Shown here: positions 22,850 to 33,236 of the stretch, in pieces
Layout of the letters: the number at the start of each line of letters is the position of its first letter
How positions within the stretch are numbered: the stretch's first letter is position 1
Assembly: GCA_046598345.1 (NCBI GenBank)
Contig: JBKJIT010000004.1
Location: forward strand, 201,226-265,225
DNA length: 64,000 bases
Reading direction: 5' to 3'
From: Minisyncoccia bacterium
GTDB taxonomy: Bacteria > Patescibacteriota > Minisyncoccia > Phycocordibacterales > UBA918
Notes under the pieces: generated by a model
What the model was told of the DNA's origin: nothing
Seen by the model: the letters and a program-made list of their open reading frames with translations, nothing else
Database searches by the model: none
Program-made: the position numbers and the translations under genes

Positions 22850-23045
22850 CTAATTGGAAAGATCCTTCTTGTACCCAATAAATGACTTCATAATTTCAAG
22901 CGGAAGAGCGAAGACAACCGTGTTCGACTGGTCTGACGAAATATCATTCAATACCTGAAGCGTGCGTAGATGAAGTGCCCCATCTGATGCTGAGAGTATG
23001 CGTGCTGCTTGTGCCATATTTTCTGCTGCCGCAACACGCTCCCCC
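22850..23045 (-). pseudogene. C-terminal fragment of an SPFH/stomatin (band 7) gene
   Basis: AAENMAQAARILS..DGALHLRTLQ.LNDIS.DQSNTVVFALPLE matches the stomatin C-terminus; the N-terminal part is absent. Confidence 0.75.
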
Positions 23046-23105
23046 TGAGAAAGACGGATATCACCAGCAGCAAACATGCCTGGCATGAACGTCTGGACTC
23101 TCTCA
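23046..23105 (-). mobile_element. Hairpin element ending CTTTCTCA, abutting the SPFH fragment
   Basis: TGAGA/TCTCA and AGACG/CGTCT stems, inner palindrome CATGCC-T-GGCATG. Confidence 0.45.
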
Positions 23106-23119
23106 TATAACTTTTTGAG

Positions 23120-23890
23120 TTATTCCTTAATGGATTCAAGGCGCTTTACAGTCGCACCACTCTCAGACATTTCACCATATACATGTACTTTTTGAGCATC
23201 ATAGAATTTACTTGTGTCACATGGTGCAGATGTGCCATCAATCTCTATACATGTACTTTCACTTGTAAAATTAAGTGGTACATGGTGACCTTGCTGGTTA
23301 TTCTCTTCAAATATGATGTACCAGAAGTTAGGATCAAGTGGTGGAGGAACTGATTTAAGGAGAAATCCTTCTTTATCAAAGCTAAATTCCGTAATAGGTG
23401 CTACTTCGCCCGAAGAACAGGAGATGTTGTCAATAAACCAACCGTCATTAAGGCGATTCAGTGTAATGATTGTTTGGTCAGTAACCAGTTTATCCCTTGA
23501 TTTAACAATTACTTGAGTGGTGTCTGCTAAAGAAACCAATACTTTTCCACCAACTCTATCAGGTATCACTGTTTGGCAAATTACAGGATCCTTTTCGGAT
23601 GTCGGACGATCTTTTGCACGAGTGAGTGCCGCACTCAGATTTTTACTTAAAAGCGGATTGGTGTCCAAATTTGATTGATATGGATTGGTACTTGTTGATT
23701 TCACCGCATCAAGCCATGAGGCATAAAAATCTAATGCAATGTCGATGGGTTCATCTGTTGAGGTCGCTTGTTCAGCAAGCACAGGATCTGTTGTTTTTTT
23801 AGATACAAACAAGAGGTTGTACAAAATTCCCCCTATTAAGAGAATTGCTACTACGCCACCTACAATAAGTATTTTATATTTTGAAGTCAT
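23120..23890 (-). CDS. Membrane-anchored extracellular protein (DUF3828-like)
   Basis: N-terminal TM; DFYASW...DPVICQ...WFIDNISC. Confidence 0.55.
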   Translation of the reverse strand: MTSKYKILIVGGVVAILLIGGILYNLLFVSKKTTDPVLAEQATSTDEPIDIALDFYASWLDAVKSTSTNPYQSNLDTNPLLSKNLSAALTRAKDRPTSEKDPVICQTVIPDRVGGKVLVSLADTTQVIVKSRDKLVTDQTIITLNRLNDGWFIDNISCSSGEVAPITEFSFDKEGFLLKSVPPPLDPNFWYIIFEENNQQGHHVPLNFTSESTCIEIDGTSAPCDTSKFYDAQKVHVYGEMSESGATVKRLESIKE

Positions 23891-23968
23891 TCAAGGAATT
23901 ATACTCTATTCTGCTAACAGGAAAAAACTTTTAAATCGGATGCTTTTGCAGCTCTACATAAGTCTAGC

Positions 23969-24637
23969 TTACTGTAACCCGTCGAATGAGTCAGTCTGGA
24001 TTCTTTCTTCAGGAATTCCCTTTTCTTTAAGTGAAACAACAATAGCATCTACGAATGATGGTGGGCCGGCGACCATAAAGATAGCATTTGGTTTTTGTTC
24101 CTGAAGAATATGTAATGTATCCTCAGTCTCCTCTCGAGTAATGTGAAGCTGTTCAATTGGGAAATAATCCAACTCATTTTTATACAAATAGTTTTCTCTC
24201 GCGATGTGGACTAATGTTGGTTTAAAGCCCAGGCTTCCTGCGGCATGCTCACGGATGATGGATCGAAATGGGGTAATGCCTATTCCACCTGCAATCATAA
24301 TAAGCTCCCCGTCTCTAGGAACTTCGAGATACGTTTTTATCTTGAAGAGCTCAATACTGTCACCTGGTTCCAGTTTTAGGATTTCAGTTTTAAACGGAGA
24401 ACCTGACTCCACCGTCGTCGTGAACATAAGGTGAGGGTCTGAAGGTGCAGCAGCTATGGAGAGGTCTCGCACTGCTTTGTGAGGCGCAGGAACAGAATGA
24501 ATGCGCATATGCACGTAATATCCTGGCCCAAATTCAAAATCAGAGGGTTTGTCGAAGATAAACGTATGAATATGCCCATACTCATGTCGCTTCTCACGAA
24601 GGACTACGTTTGGCCACCTCTTTGTTTCAGGTGGCAT
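23969..24637 (-). CDS. FAD/NAD(P)-binding oxidoreductase (FNR family)
   Basis: RDLSI, IAGGIGITPF, AGPP, DSFDG. Confidence 0.88.
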   Translation of the reverse strand: MPPETKRWPNVVLREKRHEYGHIHTFIFDKPSDFEFGPGYYVHMRIHSVPAPHKAVRDLSIAAAPSDPHLMFTTTVESGSPFKTEILKLEPGDSIELFKIKTYLEVPRDGELIMIAGGIGITPFRSIIREHAAGSLGFKPTLVHIARENYLYKNELDYFPIEQLHITREETEDTLHILQEQKPNAIFMVAGPPSFVDAIVVSLKEKGIPEERIQTDSFDGLQ

Positions 24638-24646
24638 ACATAAGTA

Positions 24647-25417
24647 TTAATTTTTTTGGATTTCAAGAATCCTTTTTGGTAAATGAGGATGAGATGCAAG
24701 TGCTTCAGAAAGCCATACAAAAAATCCCTTCTCTGTTTTTGTTTGTTCGATATATGATTCGATATTTACAAGATTGCCCATCGTCTTTCCAGAAACAAGC
24801 TTGACGAGGGCACGTTCACAGGTATTTTGATCAGGAACGAGTGCTTTCATTACTTGGTCAGCTGAATACTCTCGCGCACGCGACAGCGCTGAGTTAAGAA
24901 AAGGAATGAAGGGCACAAGAAACCAATTATAAAAATGAGTATGATTGAGAACATGATGTCCCAGCTCATGTGCAACCACTGCTTTTAGTTGTTCTCTATC
25001 GTTCCCTTCTGTGAGCGCGCTTGCCAGGTCAGAAAAGATTACAAGCATTTTTCTTGAAACTAAGCGGGTTGCGAAGGCGTTGAGTTCTCCACCGGCTTGC
25101 ATTATATGAAGATCGGGCGGTGTTTTAAGTCCAACACGTTCTGAAAGAACTCTCATGGCCTCCCATAACTCTGGAAATTGATTGGGGCCAGCCTTTACGC
25201 TATTGATACGAATCGCGGCCATTGCGAGGAAGTGAAAAAATATATAAAAACAAGTGATTGCAATAAGAATTGCAAGCCAGAAAAGTTCTCCATAATTACC
25301 TTTAAACACTGACCAAACTATCCAGCCGTAAAATAGAGCGCTTATCAGAACACTGCCCATAAAATAAAATTTTTCTTTAGATGTCCTATAGCTTCGGGCA
25401 TTAATATGCTGTTCCAT
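24647..25417 (-). CDS. M48 family Zn metallopeptidase
   Basis: NAFA, HELGH, REYSAD, SHP..PKR. Confidence 0.9.
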   Translation of the reverse strand: MEQHINARSYRTSKEKFYFMGSVLISALFYGWIVWSVFKGNYGELFWLAILIAITCFYIFFHFLAMAAIRINSVKAGPNQFPELWEAMRVLSERVGLKTPPDLHIMQAGGELNAFATRLVSRKMLVIFSDLASALTEGNDREQLKAVVAHELGHHVLNHTHFYNWFLVPFIPFLNSALSRAREYSADQVMKALVPDQNTCERALVKLVSGKTMGNLVNIESYIEQTKTEKGFFVWLSEALASHPHLPKRILEIQKN

Positions 25418-25475
25418 TGTATTATAATCACACTAGTTTGACTTGTTTGTCAATTTAACTCCACAGGGTTACCCA

Positions 25476-25506
25476 GTGACAACACTGTGACAACACTGTG
25501 ACAACA
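25476..25506. repeat. 11-bp tandem repeat
   Basis: GTGACAACACT x2 plus GTGACAACA. Confidence 0.85.
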
Positions 25507-25650
25507 TCATTTTTTAACATGTCTAGATTGTTGTATGGACGATATTGAAATTTCTTTATTAATTATTTCTTTGAAAATTCCACTATGAGATTTGATCTGG
25601 TTTTATGTTTTCGGAGTATAAATTTATTTCAGTTGGTAAATAGACCGTTA

Positions 25651-26208
25651 TTACGTAACTGAAGTGGGTGCAGAGGGCTGAACTGGAGGTTTTGGAGGGG
25701 GTGTAGGGCGGAATTTATGCAGTATCCAGGCACCAGCAACTACCGTGACTGCATACACTGCAAGAATTGAAACCATAGAGAGCCACATATCTGCAGGGAA
25801 GAATTTGATGCCGTTTGTAAGGAAAAACCCGAGAACGAATGCAACCCACCATCCAATGAATGAGAGTGCGCTTCCCCAGTAGAGGCCAATCTTACGCTTC
25901 GCGAGCATCCATGCATTCACATTGATAAGTACAATAATAATCATCTTCGCCCAAAACACTCCGTCTACGAGCCTAAAGAGTTGATTGTTCATCCAATATT
26001 CAATGATAAAGCCAAGGCCAGAAACAATAGCTATAATAGTTCCCAGACGAGTTATGAAAAAGCTCTTATGCAGAAAGAGCTTATCAGTATCATCCATTTT
26101 TCCATCTTTTAGCGCAGTATTGAGGTTGATCTCAATAAACGTAGCTCCTCCAACGCCTAAAATGGTTCCGATGAGGTGTGCCAGGAGAAGAAATACGTGA
26201 AAGTCCAT
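25651..26208 (-). CDS. Multi-pass membrane protein at the end of the copper cluster
   Basis: AHLIGTILGVGGAT, FWAK motif, five TM helices, Pro-rich tail. Confidence 0.6.
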   Translation of the reverse strand: MDFHVFLLLAHLIGTILGVGGATFIEINLNTALKDGKMDDTDKLFLHKSFFITRLGTIIAIVSGLGFIIEYWMNNQLFRLVDGVFWAKMIIIVLINVNAWMLAKRKIGLYWGSALSFIGWWVAFVLGFFLTNGIKFFPADMWLSMVSILAVYAVTVVAGAWILHKFRPTPPPKPPVQPSAPTSVT

Positions 26209-26218
26209 GAAAATAGAA

Positions 26219-26434
26219 TTAAGCTGCTACAGAAGCGGTGTAGCCTAACTTTCCAATTTCTTCGATAATCTGCTCTGCTTTAATTTTTGAATCATCAATC
26301 TCCCATGTACCTTTCTTACCTTCGAGATCAACGAAAACTGACGAAACACCCTCCATTTGTTCCGTTACCATCTGAATACCTGTTGCGCATCCGCCACAGT
26401 GCATTCCGACGATGTTCATATTTAGTGTAGACAT
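26219..26434 (-). CDS. copZ: Copper chaperone (HMA domain)
   Basis: GMHCGGC...LGY. Confidence 0.88.
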   Translation of the reverse strand: MSTLNMNIVGMHCGGCATGIQMVTEQMEGVSSVFVDLEGKKGTWEIDDSKIKAEQIIEEIGKLGYTASVAA

Positions 26435-26437
26435 AAT

Positions 26438-26581
26438 TCAAGGTTTAAATTTACGTAATTTCTGTGTTGCTCGATCGACTTTCTGCTGCAAAGTAGATTT
26501 CTACATTTTAGTAGCAAAGCCCTTGCGAAAGTATCCCACACTTTCTCATGCCTAGAACTTCCAGCAAAATTTAAACTTTGA
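26438..26581. mobile_element. Inverted-repeat-bounded hairpin element (MITE/REP-like)
   Basis: 15-bp terminal inverted repeats with one mismatch; inner CTTGCGAAAG-N9-CTTTCTCA module. Confidence 0.55.
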
Positions 26582-26602
26582 GGAAGCTCTCTATTGATTA
26601 TA

Positions 26603-28984
26603 TCATCCTACTTTCGGCTTTGAAGCAGCCAATGCATCCTTCTCGCCTTTCTTAATCTGCTTCTCAATAGGCGGAACATACGAATGGAGTGTCATTGAAT
26701 TCAATACTACTGACACGGAACTAAACGCCATCGCAAATCCAGCAATTTCAGGGCGAAGTGTTGCTTGTGAAAGGTTAAAGAGCATTTGCCCAAATGAACC
26801 ATAATTAGCCTGCATAGCAACGACCCAACCTGCCGCAATACCGAACGAGGTTTGAGTAATGAGAAGGTGGGCTCCCGCAGCGACAGGAATCGCTGCCACG
26901 TTGTAGAAGAATGCCCAGAAAAGGTTTTGCCAGACCTTAATAATTGTCTTTCGTGAAAGCTGAATAGCTGTCGCAACATCACGAAGATCGTCCTTAACAA
27001 GAATGATTTCTCCCGTTTCAATTGCCACGTCGCTTCCTGAACCAATAGCAATACCCAAGTTTGCTTGTGCGAGCGCTGGTGAATCATTAATACCGTCTCC
27101 AACCATAGCTACGTTCTTGCCCTCCGCTTGAAGCTTCTTTACCATTGCTGCTTTGTCCTGCGGCAATACTTCTGAGAGCACGCGGGTGATACCAACTAGT
27201 TTTGCAATTGCCTGCGCAGTCTTCTCATTGTCACCAGTAATCATAATAACTTCCTTCCCCATGCGCTTAAATTCAGCGATCGCCTCCTTTGCGTATGGTT
27301 TTAGTGCGTCCGCCATTGCAATGAGTGCGACTGGCTTACCATCGATGAGAAGGAAGACTGTGGTTTTTGCCTGCTCTTGAAGTTCTCCGAGCTTAGTCTG
27401 GTAACCTTTTGTATCAATCTTCAAATTATCCATATAGGTAAGGTTTCCAATGATGACTTCCTTTACCTTTCCACTGTGAGGAATCATTGCCTTAATACCC
27501 ATACCCTGCATCGCTTCAAATTTCTTTAGCATAATAACCTCACCAAACGTCTTTCCATGCTCAATAACTGCTCGCGCAAGTGGATGCTCCGAACCCATTT
27601 CAGCAGAGGCTGCAAGGATCGCAGCTTCTTCGCTTTTTACACTCTGGTCAAGCATTACGAAGTCCGTGACAATTGGTTTACCTATTGTGAGGGTTCCGGT
27701 TTTATCGAGTGCAATCGTATTGACCTTGTATGCTTTCTCAAGCGCTTCTCCTCCCTTCAAGATGATGCCAAACTTCGCTGCGCGCCCAATACCGACTACG
27801 AGTGCGGTCGGCGTTGCGAGACCCATGGCGCACGGACATGAGATCACGAGTACCGCAATCATACGTAAAAGTCCCGCACGTACGGGTAGATCAGCAATAA
27901 ATACCCAGCCAATAAAGGTAAGTACTGAAAGCAGAACAACGGCTGGTACAAAGTACTCGCTCACTTTATCGACAAGATCCTGTACAGGAGCACGCTTCGC
28001 CTGCGCCTCCTCCACCATACGGATTATTTGATAGAGCAGTGTATCCTTACCAATTTTTACTGCCTTAAATTTGAAACGACCTTCTAGATTTACGGTCGCA
28101 CCGATCACATTGTCTCCAGCGATACGTTTAACTGGGAATGATTCTCCAGTAACTACTTTTTCATCAATATGTGTTTCCCCTTCAATAAGGACACCGTCAA
28201 CAGGAACTTTTTCTCCTGGCTTTACGATGATTATGTCTCCTTCAACGAGTTCTTCGAGTGGAATGGTGACTTCCTTTCCATCACGTTCAACATGCGCTTC
28301 TTTAGCTTCGAGCTTAAGAAGTTCCTTAATAGCACTAGACGCCCTTCCCTTTGCAACAACTTCTACGTAGCGTCCTAGAAGAATAAAGGCGATAAGCGCA
28401 GCTGAACTTTCCCAAAATGGATGGTCGATATTGAAGAATAAGAAGCCAATCGCACTGTAGAGGTACGCAGCTGTAGTACCCAATACCACGAGCACATCCA
28501 TGTTTGCAGCTCCAATTCTGACTGCAGACCACGCATTGCGATAGAATGGCCATCCGATAACAAACTGAATTGGTGTAGAAAGAACCCAGTAAATATAGTT
28601 GAGATCGATACCGAAAACCTGGTGTACGTGAGGCAGGTTGAACATGTGTACACCCATGTAATAGGCAATGATGGGCGCTGCAATTGCGAACGCTGCGATA
28701 ACGCGACGCTTTGCAAGCAACATTTCCTTTGCCTCAGCCTTCTCTTCGTCTTCAATCGAATTTGACTCCTCATCCGGACGAATCACATCGTATCCGAGCT
28801 TGTTCACAAATGCATCGATCTGGTTAATCGAAATCTTGGATTCATCAAACTCGAGTGCCACTTTCTGAGCACCATAGCTTGTATTCGACGCGACAACGCC
28901 TGCCTGTTTTAAAAGCAGTTTGTCGATCAGAATGGCGCAAGAGGCGCAATGCATTCCTTTTACTTTAAGTACAAGCTTTGTCAT
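26603..28984 (-). CDS. copA: Cu(I)-translocating P1B-type ATPase
   Basis: GMHCASC, TGES, CPC, DKTGT, SEHP, GDGIND, YN and MxxSS motifs. Confidence 0.95.
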   Translation of the reverse strand: MTKLVLKVKGMHCASCAILIDKLLLKQAGVVASNTSYGAQKVALEFDESKISINQIDAFVNKLGYDVIRPDEESNSIEDEEKAEAKEMLLAKRRVIAAFAIAAPIIAYYMGVHMFNLPHVHQVFGIDLNYIYWVLSTPIQFVIGWPFYRNAWSAVRIGAANMDVLVVLGTTAAYLYSAIGFLFFNIDHPFWESSAALIAFILLGRYVEVVAKGRASSAIKELLKLEAKEAHVERDGKEVTIPLEELVEGDIIIVKPGEKVPVDGVLIEGETHIDEKVVTGESFPVKRIAGDNVIGATVNLEGRFKFKAVKIGKDTLLYQIIRMVEEAQAKRAPVQDLVDKVSEYFVPAVVLLSVLTFIGWVFIADLPVRAGLLRMIAVLVISCPCAMGLATPTALVVGIGRAAKFGIILKGGEALEKAYKVNTIALDKTGTLTIGKPIVTDFVMLDQSVKSEEAAILAASAEMGSEHPLARAVIEHGKTFGEVIMLKKFEAMQGMGIKAMIPHSGKVKEVIIGNLTYMDNLKIDTKGYQTKLGELQEQAKTTVFLLIDGKPVALIAMADALKPYAKEAIAEFKRMGKEVIMITGDNEKTAQAIAKLVGITRVLSEVLPQDKAAMVKKLQAEGKNVAMVGDGINDSPALAQANLGIAIGSGSDVAIETGEIILVKDDLRDVATAIQLSRKTIIKVWQNLFWAFFYNVAAIPVAAGAHLLITQTSFGIAAGWVVAMQANYGSFGQMLFNLSQATLRPEIAGFAMAFSSVSVVLNSMTLHSYVPPIEKQIKKGEKDALAASKPKVG

Positions 28985-29004
28985 GACGAATAATTACTAA
29001 TTGA

Positions 29005-29481
29005 TTAATTTACGAGGTTTGAAAGTGCATTCACAACAAATTTTCCAAGATGCTCAAAATGCCCACGAAAAATTCCCGTGTAAGGGCCCTCTTGAACAAC
29101 TCCTCCTGGGAGATTTCCTGTCGCTTTACTGTCACTGCAGGAGACTGAACAGTAGAATGGGAATTCACCCTCCTTTGAGGCTACAAAATCAACCTCAATG
29201 CGTCCGCTCGCCGGAAGTCTTTGAGAAATACCGAGTGCATCGATTGCAAACCCGTGGTCGAATGTGTCCTCATTAATTACGGTAATGTGCACACGATCAC
29301 ATTTGTTTACAGTGATGCTTTCTGGGTCGAATCTCCACTCAAGTTTCTTTGAAACCACAGTCACATCGCGTGCAATACCCATGTTAGCTGAGCAATCATC
29401 GGTATCAGTAGTGCGACTAAAGATAAACCCGCCTCCAAGAAGTACGACGAGCACGATCCCCATAATTACAAATTTGTTCAT
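29005..29481 (-). CDS. Membrane-anchored cupredoxin-domain protein
   Basis: N-terminal TM, WRFDP, DHGF, FPFYCSVSC...GHFEH; start at MNKF. Confidence 0.8.
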   Translation of the reverse strand: MNKFVIMGIVLVVLLGGGFIFSRTTDTDDCSANMGIARDVTVVSKKLEWRFDPESITVNKCDRVHITVINEDTFDHGFAIDALGISQRLPASGRIEVDFVASKEGEFPFYCSVSCSDSKATGNLPGGVVQEGPYTGIFRGHFEHLGKFVVNALSNLVN

Positions 29482-29482
29482 G

Positions 29483-32400
29483 TTATTTAATTTCAGCTTT
29501 AAGATACTTTTTAACGACGAGGACGAGTGGCACCGTGAGTAGTAGGGAGATGATAAGGAGAATCCACCACTTCTTGTTTGGTGACCATCCAAAATTGTCT
29601 ACACTAAATGATGGTGTGCCAACCTCAATATCGAAGGTTGCAATGCGTGGTGCACTCTCCCCCTTAAGGACAAACGAGACGAAAGCGCGATACTGTCCTT
29701 CAGTCGGAAACTGAGTGGGTACTGAATAGGTTCGTCCACCTGCGGCGACCTCATGCCCATCTGCTATGCCCCCGTGTGCATATGCTACCGGAATACTAAA
29801 TAATGAAGGGGGCAACATTGAGTGTAAGTGTGGCATCGATTCATTAAATCCGGGAGCACCTGGTACGTTCTGGTCTCCAGCGGGAACCGTAGTCGGCTCT
29901 GGAAATGTAGTGTTGCCTGGGTAGGTCACGAAACGTACAGAACCGTCACTTCTCACAAAGGTAATGGTAATCGGTCGGGGAATTACATCGTCGAGCACCA
30001 TTGCTGCACCTTGAGAATCTGAAAATGTAAGTGCTAATAGCGTGTTCTTTCCTACTTCCACAAACCTAGTGTCAGCACTGACTGTGTATTCTCTATCACT
30101 TACTTGATCAGTATAGGAATATGCAAGTGGTTCAACACTTCCTGGGGTAACTGGTCCACCGGACGTTGCACCAGCTGGTGGAGGTGTTGATCCTGAAGCG
30201 GTTGGCTTCACAGTCGCGCGAAATTCATCCCCAATTGCATTTCCATTCTGATCTTCAACACGGAAAGAGAACATCATGCCTGCATGGAGGTGCTCCGAAA
30301 TGTGACAATGTGCCATCCATACACCAGGATTACTCATCTCAACTAGAACATCGATGTACTCACTTGGTGGCACAAGCGCTGTGTCCTTCCACACCATGTT
30401 GTCATTCGGCACGCCATTATTTGAGAGAACTACAAACCGTTGCCCATGAAAGTGGATTGGATGCTGCATGACGTGCGCGGCCATCATGTCATTCGTAAAT
30501 CTGATCTTTACGAGTGAACCTTGTTTAAAGGTCCAGTCATTGATACCCATATTGATCTTTCCGGTTGTCTGATCAATGATATTCCACGCCACATTTTCAG
30601 TCGTGTTAACTTTGTCAGTATTTTGTGCATCATCCCATTGCATTGCCTCAATACCACTTTGCATCATTGGCATTGCAGTTCCAGCGCCATGCCCATGTGG
30701 CATTGATTCATCCACTGATGTGGCCGAAGCAGCTCCTCCGTGTGCGTGTGCGTTGTGATCTACAGCACCGGTAAGTGTGACTGTGAGCAGTGCGCGCTTT
30801 TCAGGTTCTTGTGCCAAATACGCCTGTCTATACTGATCGAAAAGTGCTTTCTCTTCAATATTACGCCTGGCCACATTGAAGTTTTCAACATACGATGGTA
30901 ATGCCTCTTCTTCCTGTGCATCAAATTGAGCTACCACAATTTGGCGATCTGGAAGCATGTTCAGGAGTTTGTAGAGACCCTCCTCCGGGAAATACACTTC
31001 GACAACCAGTCGTTCTGCTGGCGAAAGAAGTACACTTTCCTCATACACTTCTTGTTCAAGTCTTCCCCATTCAGCTCCTACTACTTTTATTTGCGCCCCA
31101 GGGATAGCGAGCTTATAGGTACGTGCATTAGAAACATTGGTAAGGAAGAATCGAACTACCTCTCCCGCCTTTACATCGAGAAGTGCATCGGACTCTCCAT
31201 TAACGAGGTACATATTTCCAAAGCGACCAAGTAGTGCGTGATCAACCGTGTCTTTGTAGAAGTCAGCAATTTGATTGTTCTCAATGAGCACATCGTCAAT
31301 CATGATTGGCACTTCACGGTTCACCTCCGACCAATAGTCAGGGTTGTTCGATGCAACAATATAGCTTCCGTAGAGACCCATTTCTTGGCCATAATCATCT
31401 CTCGTGTGTGGGTGATACCAGGCAACACCAGCGTCGGGGAATGAGAGCGTATAGGTGAATGATTCCCCAGGTTTTACGACGTTTTGGGAAAGATCAGGAG
31501 TACCATCCATGAGATTGTTTAGGCGGAGACCGTGTGAGTGGATGGTTTGATCAACATCAGTATTGTTCTTGAAATTAACAGTAATCACAGAACCTTCAGT
31601 TGTTTTAATGAAAGGCCCAGGGACTGAACCATTGTACGCAAGCATGCGAACCATTTTGTTACCAATCTCCTTCTTTACGTACCCTGCTGTGATGTTATAC
31701 GTATCTCCATTTGCAAGCTCCACAAAGAGCGGGCCAGTAGCTTCTGGAAGACCTGTAATGTCTTTTGTAAATGTAGGGCGCTCTAGTACTGGTGCTTGCG
31801 TAGTGGGTGTCGCGACGTGATGTGTTGTTGCTGCGGGATCAAACTGTTTAAGATAGAAGTTTCGTGGAAGGAAATAAATGAAGAGAATTGCCAAGAATAC
31901 AGAAATCGCAATAAGATAATTGCGCTGAATGCCCAGTATTTTTTCTTCGTATCCGCGAGCAACTGGATCTTTGTAGACACCCGTCTCGCCATATGCAACC
32001 TTAGCTTCTTCGGCTCTTCGAGTTGCTTCAAGTGCATCAATTTCTTCACGGGCATGCTTAAGGTCATAGGTTACCTCGAGCTCATCGACATTCATCATGG
32101 TTTCGACTTGACGTCGATCCCTTTCGAGACGATCTATTTGCGCTTCAAGTGCTGCAACCTTGTACGCAGGACTATTATGCATCTCTCGTCGTCGACGTGC
32201 GTACCACCACCAAATCGGAAGTAGCCACACAAACACGAGGAACCAACTTCCGAGTTCAAGTGGAAGCCCGAAAAGACCAGTACCTGCTTCAATTCCATGT
32301 AGATGAGCAACATTTGTGCCAAGCGTATCGTTCATTATGGCGTTCACCTTCCCTTCCTGCGTCACTGATTCAAGCGCACTATGAATGCCTGAGTTCACCC

Positions 32401-33232
32401 ACCACTTATGTGAGAAAAGTCCAAGCGTAAGAATAAACCCAGAAACGAACACCATAGCCCAACCCGTTGCACGTTCGAGCTTGTCCTTACGAGCCATGAG
32501 CCAGTTAAGACCGTTTACTCCAAGAATTGCGAGGAATGCAAGAAGAAGAAGTGGTAGCACACGTCCTACGGCGTGAATGAGGAACATCGTCCATCCATAA
32601 AGTACATCTCCACTCGAAGCTATTTCAATCAAAATAAGCGGCGTTGCTGGATGCGGGCAGCCAACCCCTACATTTCCTAAAAATGCGCCAAGAAAGAACG
32701 CCTTGAGAATTTCCTGTCTTTTTTGAATAAATGCCGGCGCCGCACCTGAATAGGTCGGCATATGAAAATTCATGAGTCCTATTTCCGAGAGCGCAAAAAG
32801 AAGCGCAAACGTACCGGCACCAAAATAAATCCAGTTCTTAATAGCTTCCAGATCAGCCCCAAGTGAACTTACTGCAATTCCACCGAGAAGAGCTGCTGCA
32901 ATACCATAGAGACTGAGTGTAAAAGCAACTCCAAAACCGAATGCGAGTGCCATACTAAGGCCCTTTATCATTCCCTTTCCCATAGAGAGCGGAACAATAA
33001 CGAACGCAAGCGGCAGTGTGCATGGCATTACGATCATTGTTAGACCTGTTGCAAATGAAAATAAATACCAGCCGATACTGCCATCTGGTACTGACGGAGC
33101 AATTACAAAAAGATAGAGAAGCCCGAAAATAATGGCTGCTGCCACAAAGAGTGTGCCACTGATGAGCCAACCCCGAAGCCCTGACATTCCGCCCGGGGAC
33201 GCTAGAGATGAGGATGGGGTTTCTGTTGTCAT
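29483..33232 (-). CDS. Fusion of a CcdA/DsbD-type TM domain, a multicopper oxidase and a C-terminal anchored domain
   Basis: PCTLP and GCPHP in the TM region; HSHG, WYHPH, HPIHFHG, HCHISEHLHAGM copper ligands; C-terminal TM. Confidence 0.85.
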   Translation of the reverse strand: MTTETPSSSLASPGGMSGLRGWLISGTLFVAAAIIFGLLYLFVIAPSVPDGSIGWYLFSFATGLTMIVMPCTLPLAFVIVPLSMGKGMIKGLSMALAFGFGVAFTLSLYGIAAALLGGIAVSSLGADLEAIKNWIYFGAGTFALLFALSEIGLMNFHMPTYSGAAPAFIQKRQEILKAFFLGAFLGNVGVGCPHPATPLILIEIASSGDVLYGWTMFLIHAVGRVLPLLLLAFLAILGVNGLNWLMARKDKLERATGWAMVFVSGFILTLGLFSHKWWVNSGIHSALESVTQEGKVNAIMNDTLGTNVAHLHGIEAGTGLFGLPLELGSWFLVFVWLLPIWWWYARRRREMHNSPAYKVAALEAQIDRLERDRRQVETMMNVDELEVTYDLKHAREEIDALEATRRAEEAKVAYGETGVYKDPVARGYEEKILGIQRNYLIAISVFLAILFIYFLPRNFYLKQFDPAATTHHVATPTTQAPVLERPTFTKDITGLPEATGPLFVELANGDTYNITAGYVKKEIGNKMVRMLAYNGSVPGPFIKTTEGSVITVNFKNNTDVDQTIHSHGLRLNNLMDGTPDLSQNVVKPGESFTYTLSFPDAGVAWYHPHTRDDYGQEMGLYGSYIVASNNPDYWSEVNREVPIMIDDVLIENNQIADFYKDTVDHALLGRFGNMYLVNGESDALLDVKAGEVVRFFLTNVSNARTYKLAIPGAQIKVVGAEWGRLEQEVYEESVLLSPAERLVVEVYFPEEGLYKLLNMLPDRQIVVAQFDAQEEEALPSYVENFNVARRNIEEKALFDQYRQAYLAQEPEKRALLTVTLTGAVDHNAHAHGGAASATSVDESMPHGHGAGTAMPMMQSGIEAMQWDDAQNTDKVNTTENVAWNIIDQTTGKINMGINDWTFKQGSLVKIRFTNDMMAAHVMQHPIHFHGQRFVVLSNNGVPNDNMVWKDTALVPPSEYIDVLVEMSNPGVWMAHCHISEHLHAGMMFSFRVEDQNGNAIGDEFRATVKPTASGSTPPPAGATSGGPVTPGSVEPLAYSYTDQVSDREYTVSADTRFVEVGKNTLLALTFSDSQGAAMVLDDVIPRPITITFVRSDGSVRFVTYPGNTTFPEPTTVPAGDQNVPGAPGFNESMPHLHSMLPPSLFSIPVAYAHGGIADGHEVAAGGRTYSVPTQFPTEGQYRAFVSFVLKGESAPRIATFDIEVGTPSFSVDNFGWSPNKKWWILLIISLLLTVPLVLVVKKYLKAEIK

Positions 33233-33236
33233 ACGC

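Noticed and set aside
25476-25506. Possible CRISPR array
   Set aside because: 11-bp contiguous units, no spacers, no cas genes
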